Positions 8,879 through 19,522 of a stretch of DNA of 64,000 nucleotides are shown piece after piece. Source of the stretch: an uncultured Alphaproteobacteria bacterium (GTDB taxonomy: Bacteria > Pseudomonadota > Alphaproteobacteria > HIMB59 > GCA-002718135). Location: contig CACMJS010000001.1 of NCBI GenBank assembly GCA_902614085.1, positions 299,127 to 363,126 on the forward strand, given 5' to 3'. Every line of letters starts with the position of its first letter. The stretch's first letter is position 1. The translations under genes and the position numbers were made by a program. Under the pieces are notes generated by a model that made no database searches, was not told where the DNA came from, and saw nothing but the letters and a program-made list of their open reading frames with translations.

Positions 8879-11416
8879 ATGTCTAATAAAGATGAAAATT
8901 TATTAGCTATTCTTGGACCTACTAATACAGGAAAAACCTATACAGCGTTTGAAAAACTTTTCTCATATTCTTCAGGTATTTTTGGTTTTCCACTAAGATT
9001 ACTAGCTAGAGAGAACTATGATAAAGCTGTAAAAAGAATTGGACTTAACAATGTAGCATTAATAACAGGTGAAGAAAAAATTCTTCCAAAAGAAGCAAAA
9101 TATTTTTTTTGTACTGTTGAATCAATGCCTAAAAATATTTCTGCTGATTGTATAATAATTGATGAAGTTCAATTGGCAGCAGATTATGAAAGAGGACATA
9201 TCTTTACTGATAGGATTTTAAATCTAAGGGGCAATTTTATAACTATCTTCTTAGGATCACTAAATATTGAAAATATACTAAAAAAAATTTATCCAAATAT
9301 TATAATAGAGAAAAAAAAAAGATTTTCTCAACTTTCATTTTTGAGGAAACAAAATTTTTCCAAACTCGAACCAAGATCAGCTATAATTGCATTTAATATT
9401 AACAAAGTCTATGAAATTGCTGAAAACATTAGAACACATAAAGGCGGAACTGCTGTTGTTTTAGGTTCACTAAGTCCCAGAACTAGAAATGCCCAAGTAG
9501 AAGTATATGAAAATAAAAATGTAGATTTTCTTGTAGCAACAGATGCTATTGGAATGGGCTTAAATCTTAATATCAATCATGTAAGTTTTTCAGCACTAGA
9601 AAAATTTGATGGGAGATATAATCGTAACCTTGCTCCAAATGAACTAGGTCAAATTGCAGGTAGAGCAGGTAGATACAAACAAGATGGAACTTTTAGTCAT
9701 ACTAAAGAAGCAGGAAATTTGGATCCATTAATTATACAACAGATAGAAGCACACAACTTTGATAATATTCAAAAAATTTATTGGAGAAATAGTGATTTAA
9801 ATTTTAATTCAATAGATTCATTATTATCATCATTAAAAAAATATCCAATTCATAACTATTTTATACATAAAAAGAATGCTTTAGATGAAGTTAACCTTCG
9901 TAATTTAATTAATGATAATGAAATAAAGAAATTTCTTATATCAAAAAAAAATTTAAAGTTATTGTGGGAAGTATGTCAGGTTCCAGATTTTGAAAAACTT
10001 TTTAATGATAATTATTTATTACTTTTAAAAGATATATATCTTATTTTAATAAATAATGAATATAACATACCTGAGGAATGGATTAACAAAAAGGTCGGTA
10101 AACTTAATAATTTTGGTGTAGGTATATCTGAGCTTTCAATTAAAATTTCTCAGATACGTACATGGACATACATATCAAATAATCATAACTGGTTAAAAAA
10201 TACATACTATTGGAAAGAAAAAACTCAGCAGATAGAAAATGAATTATCTGATCAACTACATAACAGTCTTACAAAAAAATTTATAGATTATTCATCAAAA
10301 TTTTTTATAGGACAGGAAAAATTACAAAATATCCAAGATATACTTAAAAAAAATAAAAACGAAATTTTTTTAGATGATAATAAATATGGTGTTATAAAAG
10401 GTTTTGATCTTATTGAGGGTAAAAAAATATTTTCACAATCTCTTTTTTCGATTAGTAATATAAAAAAAACAGTAAGAAATATGATTAATGAAAAAGTAGA
10501 TAGTTTTTTAAGTGCCCCACTTGACTCAATTAGGTTTGGTGACATCACTAATTCTAAAATTAAAGATGAAACTTTTATTTATTGGGGAGATGAAAGTGTT
10601 GGTAAATTAAAGAAAGGTAAATCAATATATAGACCTATAGCTGAGGCTTTGAATTCCGAATATTTATCTTCAGAAAATAAATTATTGATTTCTGCTAAAC
10701 TACAAAAATGGTTAGAAAATGAAATAAACGATTATCTATATCCTTTAAATAAAAATTTAGATGAAGATATTAATTCTGAAATTAGAGCAATTACCTTTAA
10801 CTGTATTGAAAATTTTGGAAATTACCCAGTAGAAAAATTCAAAGGTATTCTCAAAAAAATTAGTCAAGAGAGTAAGTCGCAGCTTACTAAATTAGGCATA
10901 AGGGTAGGGGCAAAATATTTTTTTACACCAAGTCTATTAAAGAAAAAACCTCTAGAAATTTGTGCAATCCTATGGAAAACTTTTTATGGAAAAGACATTG
11001 ACAATTATCTACCACTCCCACAAAATGGTAGAGTATCCTTTACATCTGAAATAAAAATACCTAATCATTATTGGAAATCAATTGGGTATATTAATATTAA
11101 AAATTTTTCATTCAGAATAGATGTTTTTGAAAAAATTTTTTTTCTTGCAAGACAAAAAATTAAAAAAGGTCCTTTTCTAGAATCTTCAGATCTTATGAAT
11201 CCAATTGGATGTAACAGTGAACAGTTAAAAGATATTATGAAATTTTGTGGTTACGATTATGTTACTATTTCTGATGAAAAAAAATTATTTTTCTTAAGTA
11301 ACAAGAAAAAAGAAACAAAAAAAAATGATAGAAAAAATAAAAACAAAAAAAATAATGACAATACTTTAAAGAAAGATCCAAATTCTCCCTTTGCAGTTTT
11401 AGAGAAACTTCTTTAA
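8879..11416 (+). CDS. SUV3/MgpS-like ATP-dependent helicase
   Basis: GPTNTGKT Walker A, DEVQ, ATDAIGMGLN, QIAGRAGR. Confidence 0.9.
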   Translation: MSNKDENLLAILGPTNTGKTYTAFEKLFSYSSGIFGFPLRLLARENYDKAVKRIGLNNVALITGEEKILPKEAKYFFCTVESMPKNISADCIIIDEVQLAADYERGHIFTDRILNLRGNFITIFLGSLNIENILKKIYPNIIIEKKKRFSQLSFLRKQNFSKLEPRSAIIAFNINKVYEIAENIRTHKGGTAVVLGSLSPRTRNAQVEVYENKNVDFLVATDAIGMGLNLNINHVSFSALEKFDGRYNRNLAPNELGQIAGRAGRYKQDGTFSHTKEAGNLDPLIIQQIEAHNFDNIQKIYWRNSDLNFNSIDSLLSSLKKYPIHNYFIHKKNALDEVNLRNLINDNEIKKFLISKKNLKLLWEVCQVPDFEKLFNDNYLLLLKDIYLILINNEYNIPEEWINKKVGKLNNFGVGISELSIKISQIRTWTYISNNHNWLKNTYYWKEKTQQIENELSDQLHNSLTKKFIDYSSKFFIGQEKLQNIQDILKKNKNEIFLDDNKYGVIKGFDLIEGKKIFSQSLFSISNIKKTVRNMINEKVDSFLSAPLDSIRFGDITNSKIKDETFIYWGDESVGKLKKGKSIYRPIAEALNSEYLSSENKLLISAKLQKWLENEINDYLYPLNKNLDEDINSEIRAITFNCIENFGNYPVEKFKGILKKISQESKSQLTKLGIRVGAKYFFTPSLLKKKPLEICAILWKTFYGKDIDNYLPLPQNGRVSFTSEIKIPNHYWKSIGYINIKNFSFRIDVFEKIFFLARQKIKKGPFLESSDLMNPIGCNSEQLKDIMKFCGYDYVTISDEKKLFFLSNKKKETKKNDRKNKNKKNNDNTLKKDPNSPFAVLEKLL

Positions 11417-11438
11417 TAGTATTTTAAAAGGTAAAAAA

Positions 11439-11885
11439 TTGATAAATTTATTAAAAAATGTTTTAAATTATAAAAAATCTAAGGATGATGAAGAGGATAG
11501 TAAAAATCTTGAATTACTTTGCGGATTAATGATTGAAGCTGCATATACTGATGGAACAATAGGGGAAAGCGAGTTAAAAAAAATTAAATTTAGCTTGATT
11601 AATGTTTTTGATGAAAATGAAGAAGAAGTTGGCTTGGTTTTAGATGAGGCAATAAAAAATAAAAATAACTCTAAATCTCTTCACTATTATACATCCTTTA
11701 TTAATAAAAATTTTGACAGTGATAAAAAACTACTTCTTATAGAAGCTTTATGGGAAATTGTGTTATCTGATGGAGAAATTCATGATTTCGAGTCAAATCT
11801 TATTAGAAGGCTTGCTGGATTACTTTATATTTCTGATGTAAACTCTGGAAATGCAAGAAAAAGGGCTCTAAATAAAAATTCATAA
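11439..11885 (+). CDS. TerB family (tellurite-resistance-like) protein
   Basis: AAYTDG...[30 protein letters not shown] pattern; TTG start. Confidence 0.8.
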   Translation: MINLLKNVLNYKKSKDDEEDSKNLELLCGLMIEAAYTDGTIGESELKKIKFSLINVFDENEEEVGLVLDEAIKNKNNSKSLHYYTSFINKNFDSDKKLLLIEALWEIVLSDGEIHDFESNLIRRLAGLLYISDVNSGNARKRALNKNS

Positions 11886-11889
11886 TATT

Positions 11890-12222
11890 ATGACATATGT
11901 AGTCGATGAAAAGTGTATTAAATGTAAACACATGGATTGCGTAGATGTGTGTCCAGTGGATTGTTTTTATGAAGGTGAAAATATGCTCGTAATACATCCT
12001 GATGAGTGTATTGACTGCGGTGTTTGTGAACCAGAATGTCCAGCTGAGGCAATTCTATCAGACACAGAGCACGGAATAGAAAAATGGGCTGAAATTAATA
12101 GAAAATATTCTGAAATTTGGCCTAATATAAATGAAAAAAAAGACCCTCCGCCAGATGCAGAAAAATGGCAAAATGTTAAAGATAAATATAATAAGTATTT
12201 TAGTGAAAAACCAGGGAGATAA
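11890..12222 (+). CDS. fdxA: 7Fe ferredoxin FdxA
   Basis: [43 protein letters not shown]. Confidence 0.96.
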   Translation: MTYVVDEKCIKCKHMDCVDVCPVDCFYEGENMLVIHPDECIDCGVCEPECPAEAILSDTEHGIEKWAEINRKYSEIWPNINEKKDPPPDAEKWQNVKDKYNKYFSEKPGR

Positions 12223-12726
12223 ATGAAATCAAAAAAAAATTCAGACTTAAAAATAGGAGAAATCGTAGTTTATCCCAAGCATGGTGTAGGTGAAATTGAA
12301 AAAATAGAAACTATGGAAATATCCAATATTAAAACAAGTTATTATGTTGTCAAAATGGAGCAATCCAAATTAACAATTAGAGTTCCGCTTGATAAAAAAA
12401 ACGAGGTTGGATTAAGAAAAATCTCTTCAAAAAAAATTATAGAAGAAGTTTATTCTACATTAAAGTTAAAACCAAAAATAAGAAGAATAATGTGGAGTAG
12501 AAGAGCACAAGAATATGAAGCAAAAATTTTCTCTGGTGATCCAATTAAAATTTCTGAAGTAGTTAGAGATTTATTTAGAAAAAGTAGTCAAGCAGAACAG
12601 TCCTACAGTGAGAGACAAATGTTCCAGGTGGCAATAGAACGTTTAGCACGAGAAGTAGCCGCAGTTGAAAAAACAGATTATTTTCAATCGACAGAAAAAA
12701 TTGAACAAATACTAATTAAAAAATAA
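12223..12726 (+). CDS. carD: CarD/CdnL family RNA-polymerase-binding regulator
   Basis: VVYPKHGVG, WSRRAQEY, SYSER motifs; follows fdxA. Confidence 0.93.
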   Translation: MKSKKNSDLKIGEIVVYPKHGVGEIEKIETMEISNIKTSYYVVKMEQSKLTIRVPLDKKNEVGLRKISSKKIIEEVYSTLKLKPKIRRIMWSRRAQEYEAKIFSGDPIKISEVVRDLFRKSSQAEQSYSERQMFQVAIERLAREVAAVEKTDYFQSTEKIEQILIKK

Positions 12727-12730
12727 TATT

Positions 12731-13543
12731 TTGGATAAAGCCAGTAATTTTGTAGAATTAAAAGAAACAAGCAAGATATGGGCTATTGGTTCAATTCATT
12801 CAAATTTAAAATCATTTAGTGCAATAAAAAAATATATTTTAAATCATTTTAAAAAATGTGATAAATTAATTTTTCTCGGCAATGTAATTGGATTAGGAGA
12901 TGATTCAAAAGAGACTCTATCTAGTGTTATTGATTTAAGATTTAAAATAATGTCTAAATTTAAACTAAAACCTGAGTCAATTGTATTTTTAAGAGGTGCC
13001 CAAGAAGAGATGTTTAGCAAATTATTGCAACTACAACTTGCACCTAACCCAATAGAAATTCTTGAATGGATGTTTGAGCATGGAGTCAACAAAACAATAG
13101 AATCATATGGTTTTTCAGAGAATGAGATTAAAAGTTTAGCTTCTTCCGGAACTATTAATATATCGAAATGGACATCTTCCTTGAATAAATCCATACAAGA
13201 TAATCCTGGACATAATGAGTATTTTTTAAATTTAAAGCATGCTGCTTACTCTCATACAAAAAAAATATTATTTGTTAATAGGGGCGTTGATATAACTAGA
13301 CCTCTATCAGCTCAAAATGACTGTTTTTGGTGGGGTTTTCAAAATTTTTCAAAAATTCAAAAGCCTTATAATACATTTTTGAGGATTGTTAGAGGATACG
13401 AGTCTGAACATTTAAATCAATCTCAAAATTCAAAAAATAATGTAGTTTGTACTTTATTTAAACAACCTTTATCTAACAAAAATGTTTTATGCGGAATATT
13501 TACTGAAAACGGGGAAATTTTAGATTTATTTGAAAATAATTGA
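12731..13543 (+). CDS. Calcineurin-like (PPP) metallophosphoesterase fold protein with degenerate active site
   Basis: Motif scaffold retained (AIGSIHS, FLGNVIGLG, FLRGAQE, LFVNRGVD, IVRGY) but metal ligands substituted. Confidence 0.75.
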   Translation: MDKASNFVELKETSKIWAIGSIHSNLKSFSAIKKYILNHFKKCDKLIFLGNVIGLGDDSKETLSSVIDLRFKIMSKFKLKPESIVFLRGAQEEMFSKLLQLQLAPNPIEILEWMFEHGVNKTIESYGFSENEIKSLASSGTINISKWTSSLNKSIQDNPGHNEYFLNLKHAAYSHTKKILFVNRGVDITRPLSAQNDCFWWGFQNFSKIQKPYNTFLRIVRGYESEHLNQSQNSKNNVVCTLFKQPLSNKNVLCGIFTENGEILDLFENN

Positions 13544-13574
13544 TCTAATTTAATTACATTACGTATAATTAGTT

Positions 13575-14441
13575 ATGGTATCAAAAAATTTTTTCTTCTC
13601 TAGCAATCTAATAGAACTATCAAAAAAAGCATCAATTCTTGAAAAAGATGAGGAATTTCAACTAATAAATGATTGGAGAGATAACAAAACTCCTCGATCA
13701 CTTCAAAAAATTCTTAACTCATATCTTCGTTTAGCTGTTTCTTACGCAAGAAAATATTCCAGTTATGGCTTGCCAATTGATGATTTAATTCATGAGGGAG
13801 TTCTTGGCATCATGCACTCACTTGAAAAATTTGATACTTCTAAAGATTTTAGACTTTCAACCTACGCTTCATGGTGGATTAGAGCATCAATACAAGATTA
13901 TATTTTAAAAAACTGGTCAGTCGTTCGTACTGGATCCACAGCATCTCAAAAAGCACTCTTTTTTAATCTAAAAAAAATCAAACAACAGATTAATGATGTA
14001 TCAAGGGAATTCATGGGTCAAAATGAAATAAACAAAGTTTCAAATATGCTTAATGTCAAATCTATTGATGTTCAAAATATGGAGTCTAGGCTTACTGGGG
14101 GCGATGTTCATTTAAATCAAAAAGTTGATCATGATACAGAAAATGACTTAATGAGTTTACTTCCTGATGAAAGACAAAATCCTGAGGAAACGTTTGAAGA
14201 ATTTAATGATAAAAATATTAAAAAAGATTTTATTAATAAAGCTATAGATACTTTAAATGAAAGAGAAAAAACCATTATTCGTCTAAGAAAATTCAGAGAA
14301 AAAAGCATAACATTGGATGAATTAGGTCAAAAGTTAAAAATTAGCAAAGAGAGAGTTAGACAAATAGAAACGAAAGCGCTAGATAAACTTAAAAAATCTT
14401 TATTAGAAATTTCAAATCAAAATAAAGAATTTTTTATTTGA
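13575..14441 (+). CDS. rpoH: RNA polymerase sigma-32 family factor (RpoH2-like)
   Basis: FRLSTYASWWIRASIQDYIL, RpoH-box variant QKALFFNL, region 4 SKERVRQIE. Confidence 0.92.
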   Translation: MVSKNFFFSSNLIELSKKASILEKDEEFQLINDWRDNKTPRSLQKILNSYLRLAVSYARKYSSYGLPIDDLIHEGVLGIMHSLEKFDTSKDFRLSTYASWWIRASIQDYILKNWSVVRTGSTASQKALFFNLKKIKQQINDVSREFMGQNEINKVSNMLNVKSIDVQNMESRLTGGDVHLNQKVDHDTENDLMSLLPDERQNPEETFEEFNDKNIKKDFINKAIDTLNEREKTIIRLRKFREKSITLDELGQKLKISKERVRQIETKALDKLKKSLLEISNQNKEFFI

Positions 14442-14472
14442 TAGCTATTCTAAATAATTATAAAATACACTT

Positions 14473-15003
14473 ATGTCTAAAATTATTTTACTTATTGTAT
14501 CTTTTTTATTTTCAACAGTTGCGCATAGTAGTGGAACGCATGTTTTTGGCCTGGGAGTTTATGATATAAAATTAGATGGTTCAGAAAAAAATCAAGCTAC
14601 TGATTTACGATACGAATTTAGAAGCGATAAATCGTTACTTGATATTGGCCCAAAAGAAGATAATTTTTTTTTTTTAAAACCTTTTTTTGGAGTTGAATAT
14701 ACAAGCGACTCCGCTTCTTATTTTTTAACTGGCATATATTTCGAAGATAATTTAGGAGAATTATTTGAAGGAAATAAAAGTAAATATTATTTTACACCGA
14801 GTTTTGGAGCAGGATTTTACGATGATGGTTCAGGAAAAAAATTAGGTAATACTTTGCAATTTAGAACTTCCTTTGAAGTAAGTTACGAATTAAAAAACAA
14901 TAATAGAATTGGAATTTCATTTAGCCACATTTCAAATGCTAACCTAGGTGATAAAAATCCTGGTGTTGAAATTTTAAGTTTTTCATATCATATACCTTTT
15001 TAA
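14473..15003 (+). CDS. Acyloxyacyl hydrolase / lipid A 3-O-deacylase (PagL-like) outer-membrane protein
   Basis: Signal peptide, LQFRTSFE, HISNANLGDKNPG, terminal aromatic residue. Confidence 0.75.
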   Translation: MSKIILLIVSFLFSTVAHSSGTHVFGLGVYDIKLDGSEKNQATDLRYEFRSDKSLLDIGPKEDNFFFLKPFFGVEYTSDSASYFLTGIYFEDNLGELFEGNKSKYYFTPSFGAGFYDDGSGKKLGNTLQFRTSFEVSYELKNNNRIGISFSHISNANLGDKNPGVEILSFSYHIPF

Positions 15004-15006
15004 AGA

Positions 15007-15981
15007 TTAAGTTAGATTTTTCTCGCTAACAAATTTTATCAATAAATCTTCAATTAAATTAATTTTATGATCTTTCATATATTCGTTTATTTTAGATTTA
15101 TAAATTTTGCTATGAGGAACAGAGAAAAAAATATGAAGAAGAGGACTTAATAATCTAAATATTGATTCAACACTTAATTTTGGCTTTATGTAATCGAAAT
15201 AATTATAAATTATCGTTTCATCAATTAATCTACCTTTCTCTTTAAAAATTTTATTATCAACATCTTTTAAAATAAACGGATTATTTTTAATCAATCTTCC
15301 AACCATTACTCCGTCAAATTCTTTTAGTAAGCTTTCTGCTTTCTCAAGATTATTTATGCCTCCATTAAGAACGAATGTTATTTTGGGAAATTTGTTTTTA
15401 ATTTTTTTTACAAAATCATAACTAAGAGGAGGTATGGTTCTATTTGCTTGTGGACTAATACCATTTAATATTGCATTTCTTGCATGAACATAAATAATTT
15501 TAATTCCAGTTTTTGATATTTCATCAATAAATTCTTCAAAAAAAGCATAATTTAATTCTTTTCCCAATCCCAATCTACATTTTAATGTCGCTTCAATCTT
15601 ATCATTTTGTAAGGCCTCTATACAATTTCTAACAAGCATTTTATCTTTCATTAGGCATGCACCAAAACTACCCTTTTGCACAGCTTTACTTGGACAGCCA
15701 ACATTTAAATTAATCTCATCATAATTGTAATCAACTGCTATTTGGGACGCTTTTTTTAAGTCATCAATTTCAGAGCCACCTACTTGAAGAGCAACAGGGT
15801 TATTAAAATCATTATCAATAATATTTTCTATACTCTTTGAGTAAATCAGTGATTTTGTTGCTATCATTTCACTAAATAAAAAACTATTGTTTGACAAAAT
15901 TCTATAAAGTTTTCTTGCATATGGAGTTGTATATCCCATCATTGGAGCTACACAGAATTTTCTACTAATTTCCCTTTTCAT
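15007..15981 (-). CDS. dusA: tRNA-dihydrouridine synthase A
   Basis: VAPMMG, NLNVGCPS, VHARNA, NGGI. Confidence 0.88.
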   Translation of the reverse strand: MKREISRKFCVAPMMGYTTPYARKLYRILSNNSFLFSEMIATKSLIYSKSIENIIDNDFNNPVALQVGGSEIDDLKKASQIAVDYNYDEINLNVGCPSKAVQKGSFGACLMKDKMLVRNCIEALQNDKIEATLKCRLGLGKELNYAFFEEFIDEISKTGIKIIYVHARNAILNGISPQANRTIPPLSYDFVKKIKNKFPKITFVLNGGINNLEKAESLLKEFDGVMVGRLIKNNPFILKDVDNKIFKEKGRLIDETIIYNYFDYIKPKLSVESIFRLLSPLLHIFFSVPHSKIYKSKINEYMKDHKINLIEDLLIKFVSEKNLT

Positions 15982-16021
15982 TTAATTTTGCTATATAAAT
16001 AATTTTGATAAAAATAATATT

Positions 16022-16654
16022 ATGCAAATACCAAAATTTTTAAATGAAAGATATCAATTCTGGAAAAAGAATACTTTTGAAGATTACAAAGATATATACG
16101 CGCAAGCTTCTAAAACTGCACAAAAACCAATTGCAATGATTATTACTTGTTGTGATTCTAGAATTCTTGAAAATACAATGTTTGGAGGAAATGTAGGAGA
16201 TTATTTTATTCATAGAAATATCGCTAATATTGTACCTTCTAAAAATGATAATGATCAAAATATACAAACATTATCTGCTATAGAATACGCATTAAAAGTT
16301 CTAAAAATTCAAAACTTAATTATTTTAGGACATTCAAATTGTGGTGGAGTTGAATATTCTTATAAAAAATTATTAGATAAAAAAAATATAAATGATTTTA
16401 CATACATAAATCAATGGACAAGTTGTTTACAAAATTCTTATAACAATATCCCTAATGATCTTTCGGAAATTGAAAAAATAACTTTTTTTGAGCAGGAAAA
16501 TATAAGACAATCAATTAAAAATTTACGCGAATATGATTTTATAGATAAATTAATTAATGAAAATAAATTGAATATAGTTGGTTTGTGGTATCAAATTAAT
16601 TCTGGTTTAATCAAGTTTTTAGATATTAATAATAACTTTATAGACTTAGATTAA
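16022..16654 (+). CDS. Beta-class carbonic anhydrase
   Basis: TCCDSR, RNIAN and GHSNCGG zinc-ligand motifs. Confidence 0.93.
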   Translation: MQIPKFLNERYQFWKKNTFEDYKDIYAQASKTAQKPIAMIITCCDSRILENTMFGGNVGDYFIHRNIANIVPSKNDNDQNIQTLSAIEYALKVLKIQNLIILGHSNCGGVEYSYKKLLDKKNINDFTYINQWTSCLQNSYNNIPNDLSEIEKITFFEQENIRQSIKNLREYDFIDKLINENKLNIVGLWYQINSGLIKFLDINNNFIDLD

Positions 16655-17448
16655 TTGTAAGTAAATTTAGTACTAGGAAATTTTTTAAGCTTAACATCTC
16701 GATTATATTTCTTAACTATATTGCTGGCGACTTTATTAAAATTAAAATAATTTTTTACAAATTTTGGTTTCTTATCATTTGTAGTTAGATTGATTAAATC
16801 ATCAAATACCAAAACTTGACCATCACAGTATTTTGAAGCACCAATACCTATTGTTGGTATCGAAATATTTTCTGTAATTAGTTTAGCTGTATCGGTTGTA
16901 ATACATTCTAATAATACTGCTTTAGCTCCAAGCCTTTCAGATTCTTTTGCTAACTCTAATAAAATTTCTTTTTCTTTATCAGTTTTTCCTAAAACTTTAA
17001 TTTTGTTAAAATTTTTATAACTTTGTGGTGTTACTCCTATATGGGAAATTACATTTATTTTTTTATTCACTAAGTGTTTTAAAACAACTAATTTTTTTTC
17101 ACTAATTTCTATCTTTAATAAATCAGGCCTACAGTGATTTAAAAGTATTTTAGCATTTTTATATGCATCAATTTTATTGTCATATGTTTTATAAGGCATA
17201 TCTAATACCTTTAAACTTTTCTTAATTGTTTTATTTACAGCTGCCCCATGATTTTTCATCATATCCATCGTAACTCCTTGAGTATTCTTCATTCCATAGA
17301 GTGTTGAACCAATAGAGTCTCCAACTAGTATTAAATCAATTTTTCCATCTAAAATATTTGCAATTGATGGAGAGTATGCAGTCAAACAGCTTATTGGTTT
17401 AGAAAAACTTTTGTGTAAAATTTTAATTTTCTTCATTTTTAATTTCAA
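16651..17448 (-). CDS. panB: 3-methyl-2-oxobutanoate hydroxymethyltransferase
   Basis: LTAY, LVGDS, HIGVTPQ, PTIGIGA, DGQVLV. Confidence 0.95.
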   Translation of the reverse strand: MKLKMKKIKILHKSFSKPISCLTAYSPSIANILDGKIDLILVGDSIGSTLYGMKNTQGVTMDMMKNHGAAVNKTIKKSLKVLDMPYKTYDNKIDAYKNAKILLNHCRPDLLKIEISEKKLVVLKHLVNKKINVISHIGVTPQSYKNFNKIKVLGKTDKEKEILLELAKESERLGAKAVLLECITTDTAKLITENISIPTIGIGASKYCDGQVLVFDDLINLTTNDKKPKFVKNYFNFNKVASNIVKKYNRDVKLKKFPSTKFTYN

Positions 17449-17466
17449 TTAAACTTTAATTAAGAA

Positions 17467-19383
17467 TTAAACTTTTGATTTAAAATTCTTTATATCAACA
17501 ATTTTATTTTCATAAAAATTATTAATTTTTCTGATTATTGACTCAGTATCCATTTTAATATCTTGATATTGCTCATCCGGTGTCATATGTTCAACAAAAC
17601 GATCTGGAAAAATTAAATTTTTTATCACAACGTTATCCTTTTTTGATCTTATATTATGGACATAATGTAAAACATGAGATGAAAATCCGCCTATAGAACC
17701 TTCTTCTATAGTTAAAATATACTTATGATTATTTAATAAGTCATCTATTAATTGTGTGTCTAATGGTTTTGCAAATCGTGCATCTGCAATAGTAGGATAA
17801 ATATTATTTTGATTAAGAAACTTACTAGCTTCAATACATTTTTCGAGTCTTGTCCCTAAATTTAAGATTGCAACATCATTACCTTCAATTAGAATATACC
17901 CCTTACCTATGCTGATATCTTTAGGCTGATTATTAAATAGTTCATCTGATCCTGTTCCTCTTGGAAATCTAAAAGCTGATGGCGTGTCATTAATCTCACA
18001 AGATAACTCTATCATATTAGATAACTCTCTTTGGTTGCTAGGCGCCATAACTATAAAATTTGGTAAAGTGGCTAAATAAGTAATATCAAATGAACCAGCA
18101 TGAGTAGGACCATCTGATCCTACTAAACCTGCTCTATCAATTGCAAATCTAACAGGTAATTTTTGAATAGCTACATCATGAACTATTTGATCGTAAGCTC
18201 TTTGTAAAAAAGTTGAATAAATTGCAACAAATGGTTTGAAACCCTCAGTAGCCAGTCCAGCTGCCATTGTAACAGCATGTTGTTCAGCAATACCAACATC
18301 AAAAAATCTTTTTTCAAAATTTTGTTGGAATAATTTTAACCCTGTTCCAGACATCATAGCAGCTGTTATTGCAACAATTTTTTCGTCATTTTCAGCAAGT
18401 TTTGTTAGTTTTTCTCCAAAGACATTTGAGTAAGATTTTAGATTTGTTTTTTTAACTGAGTTACCTGTATTAATATCAAACTTTTCTACACCATGAAATT
18501 TATCTTCTGACTTTTCAGCAGGACTATAACCTTTACCTTTTTTAGTTATACAATGAAGAAAGATTGGTTTATCGAATTTATTATCTCTAATGTTTTCCAG
18601 AACTGAGACCATATGGTCTATATTGTGACCATCTATTGGGCCAAGATAGTAAAACCCCAATTCCTCAAATAAAGTACCTCCAGAGATAAGCCCTTTAGAA
18701 TATTCTTCTGTTCTATAAAGAGTCTTTGAAAGATTTGATGGTAATGTTTTAGAAATTTTTTTAATAATATTTCTTAAGCTTGAGTAAGATTTAGATGAAA
18801 GCAATCTAGTTAGATATGTACTCATAGCACCAACCGGTTTGTCTATTGACATTTTGTTATCATTTAAAATAACAATTAAACCTTTTTTTTGTGCGCCTGC
18901 GTTGTTTAATCCTTCATATGCTAAACCTGCGCTTAACGCACCATCTCCAACAACGCATATAACTTTTGAGTTGTCTTTATTTATATCTTTTGCTGCTTTA
19001 ATTCCTAAACCTGCAGATACTGCTGTTGAACTATGGGCTGTGCCAAAGGGATCATATTCACTTTCTGATCTTCTTACAAAACCATAAACACCATCTTTCT
19101 TTCTAAGTGTATCTATATTTTTTTTCCTTCCTGTGATGATTTTATGAGGATAAGCCTGATGTCCCACATCCCAGATTAATTTATCATGTGGAGTGTTAAA
19201 GACATAGTGGATTGCCACGGTTAGTTCAACAACACCTAATCCAGCGCCTAGATGACCACCAGTTTTTGAAACAGTCTCAATTGTTTTAGCTCTTAATTCT
19301 TCTGAGATTTGCTTTAGATCTTTCTTTTTAAATTCTCTTAGGTCAGATGGAAAATTAATTTTATCTAAAAGCTCATAATCCAT
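17467..19383 (-). CDS. dxs: 1-deoxy-D-xylulose-5-phosphate synthase
   Basis: GGHLGAGLGVVELT, WDVGHQAYPHK, GDGA..N TPP motif, IAEQHAV, DGPTH. Confidence 0.98.
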   Translation of the reverse strand: MDYELLDKINFPSDLREFKKKDLKQISEELRAKTIETVSKTGGHLGAGLGVVELTVAIHYVFNTPHDKLIWDVGHQAYPHKIITGRKKNIDTLRKKDGVYGFVRRSESEYDPFGTAHSSTAVSAGLGIKAAKDINKDNSKVICVVGDGALSAGLAYEGLNNAGAQKKGLIVILNDNKMSIDKPVGAMSTYLTRLLSSKSYSSLRNIIKKISKTLPSNLSKTLYRTEEYSKGLISGGTLFEELGFYYLGPIDGHNIDHMVSVLENIRDNKFDKPIFLHCITKKGKGYSPAEKSEDKFHGVEKFDINTGNSVKKTNLKSYSNVFGEKLTKLAENDEKIVAITAAMMSGTGLKLFQQNFEKRFFDVGIAEQHAVTMAAGLATEGFKPFVAIYSTFLQRAYDQIVHDVAIQKLPVRFAIDRAGLVGSDGPTHAGSFDITYLATLPNFIVMAPSNQRELSNMIELSCEINDTPSAFRFPRGTGSDELFNNQPKDISIGKGYILIEGNDVAILNLGTRLEKCIEASKFLNQNNIYPTIADARFAKPLDTQLIDDLLNNHKYILTIEEGSIGGFSSHVLHYVHNIRSKKDNVVIKNLIFPDRFVEHMTPDEQYQDIKMDTESIIRKINNFYENKIVDIKNFKSKV

Positions 19384-19522
19384 AATTTAGTTTACTATTT
19401 TTGCCTAGATTTGATATTTTTATATATGGAAAAAAACAAGTGTTTGTGGAAAGATTTTAGAGATAAATTTTAAAGTTAAAATCTCTAGACTTTTTAGAAT
19501 TTAAAAACTAATTATAATATTA

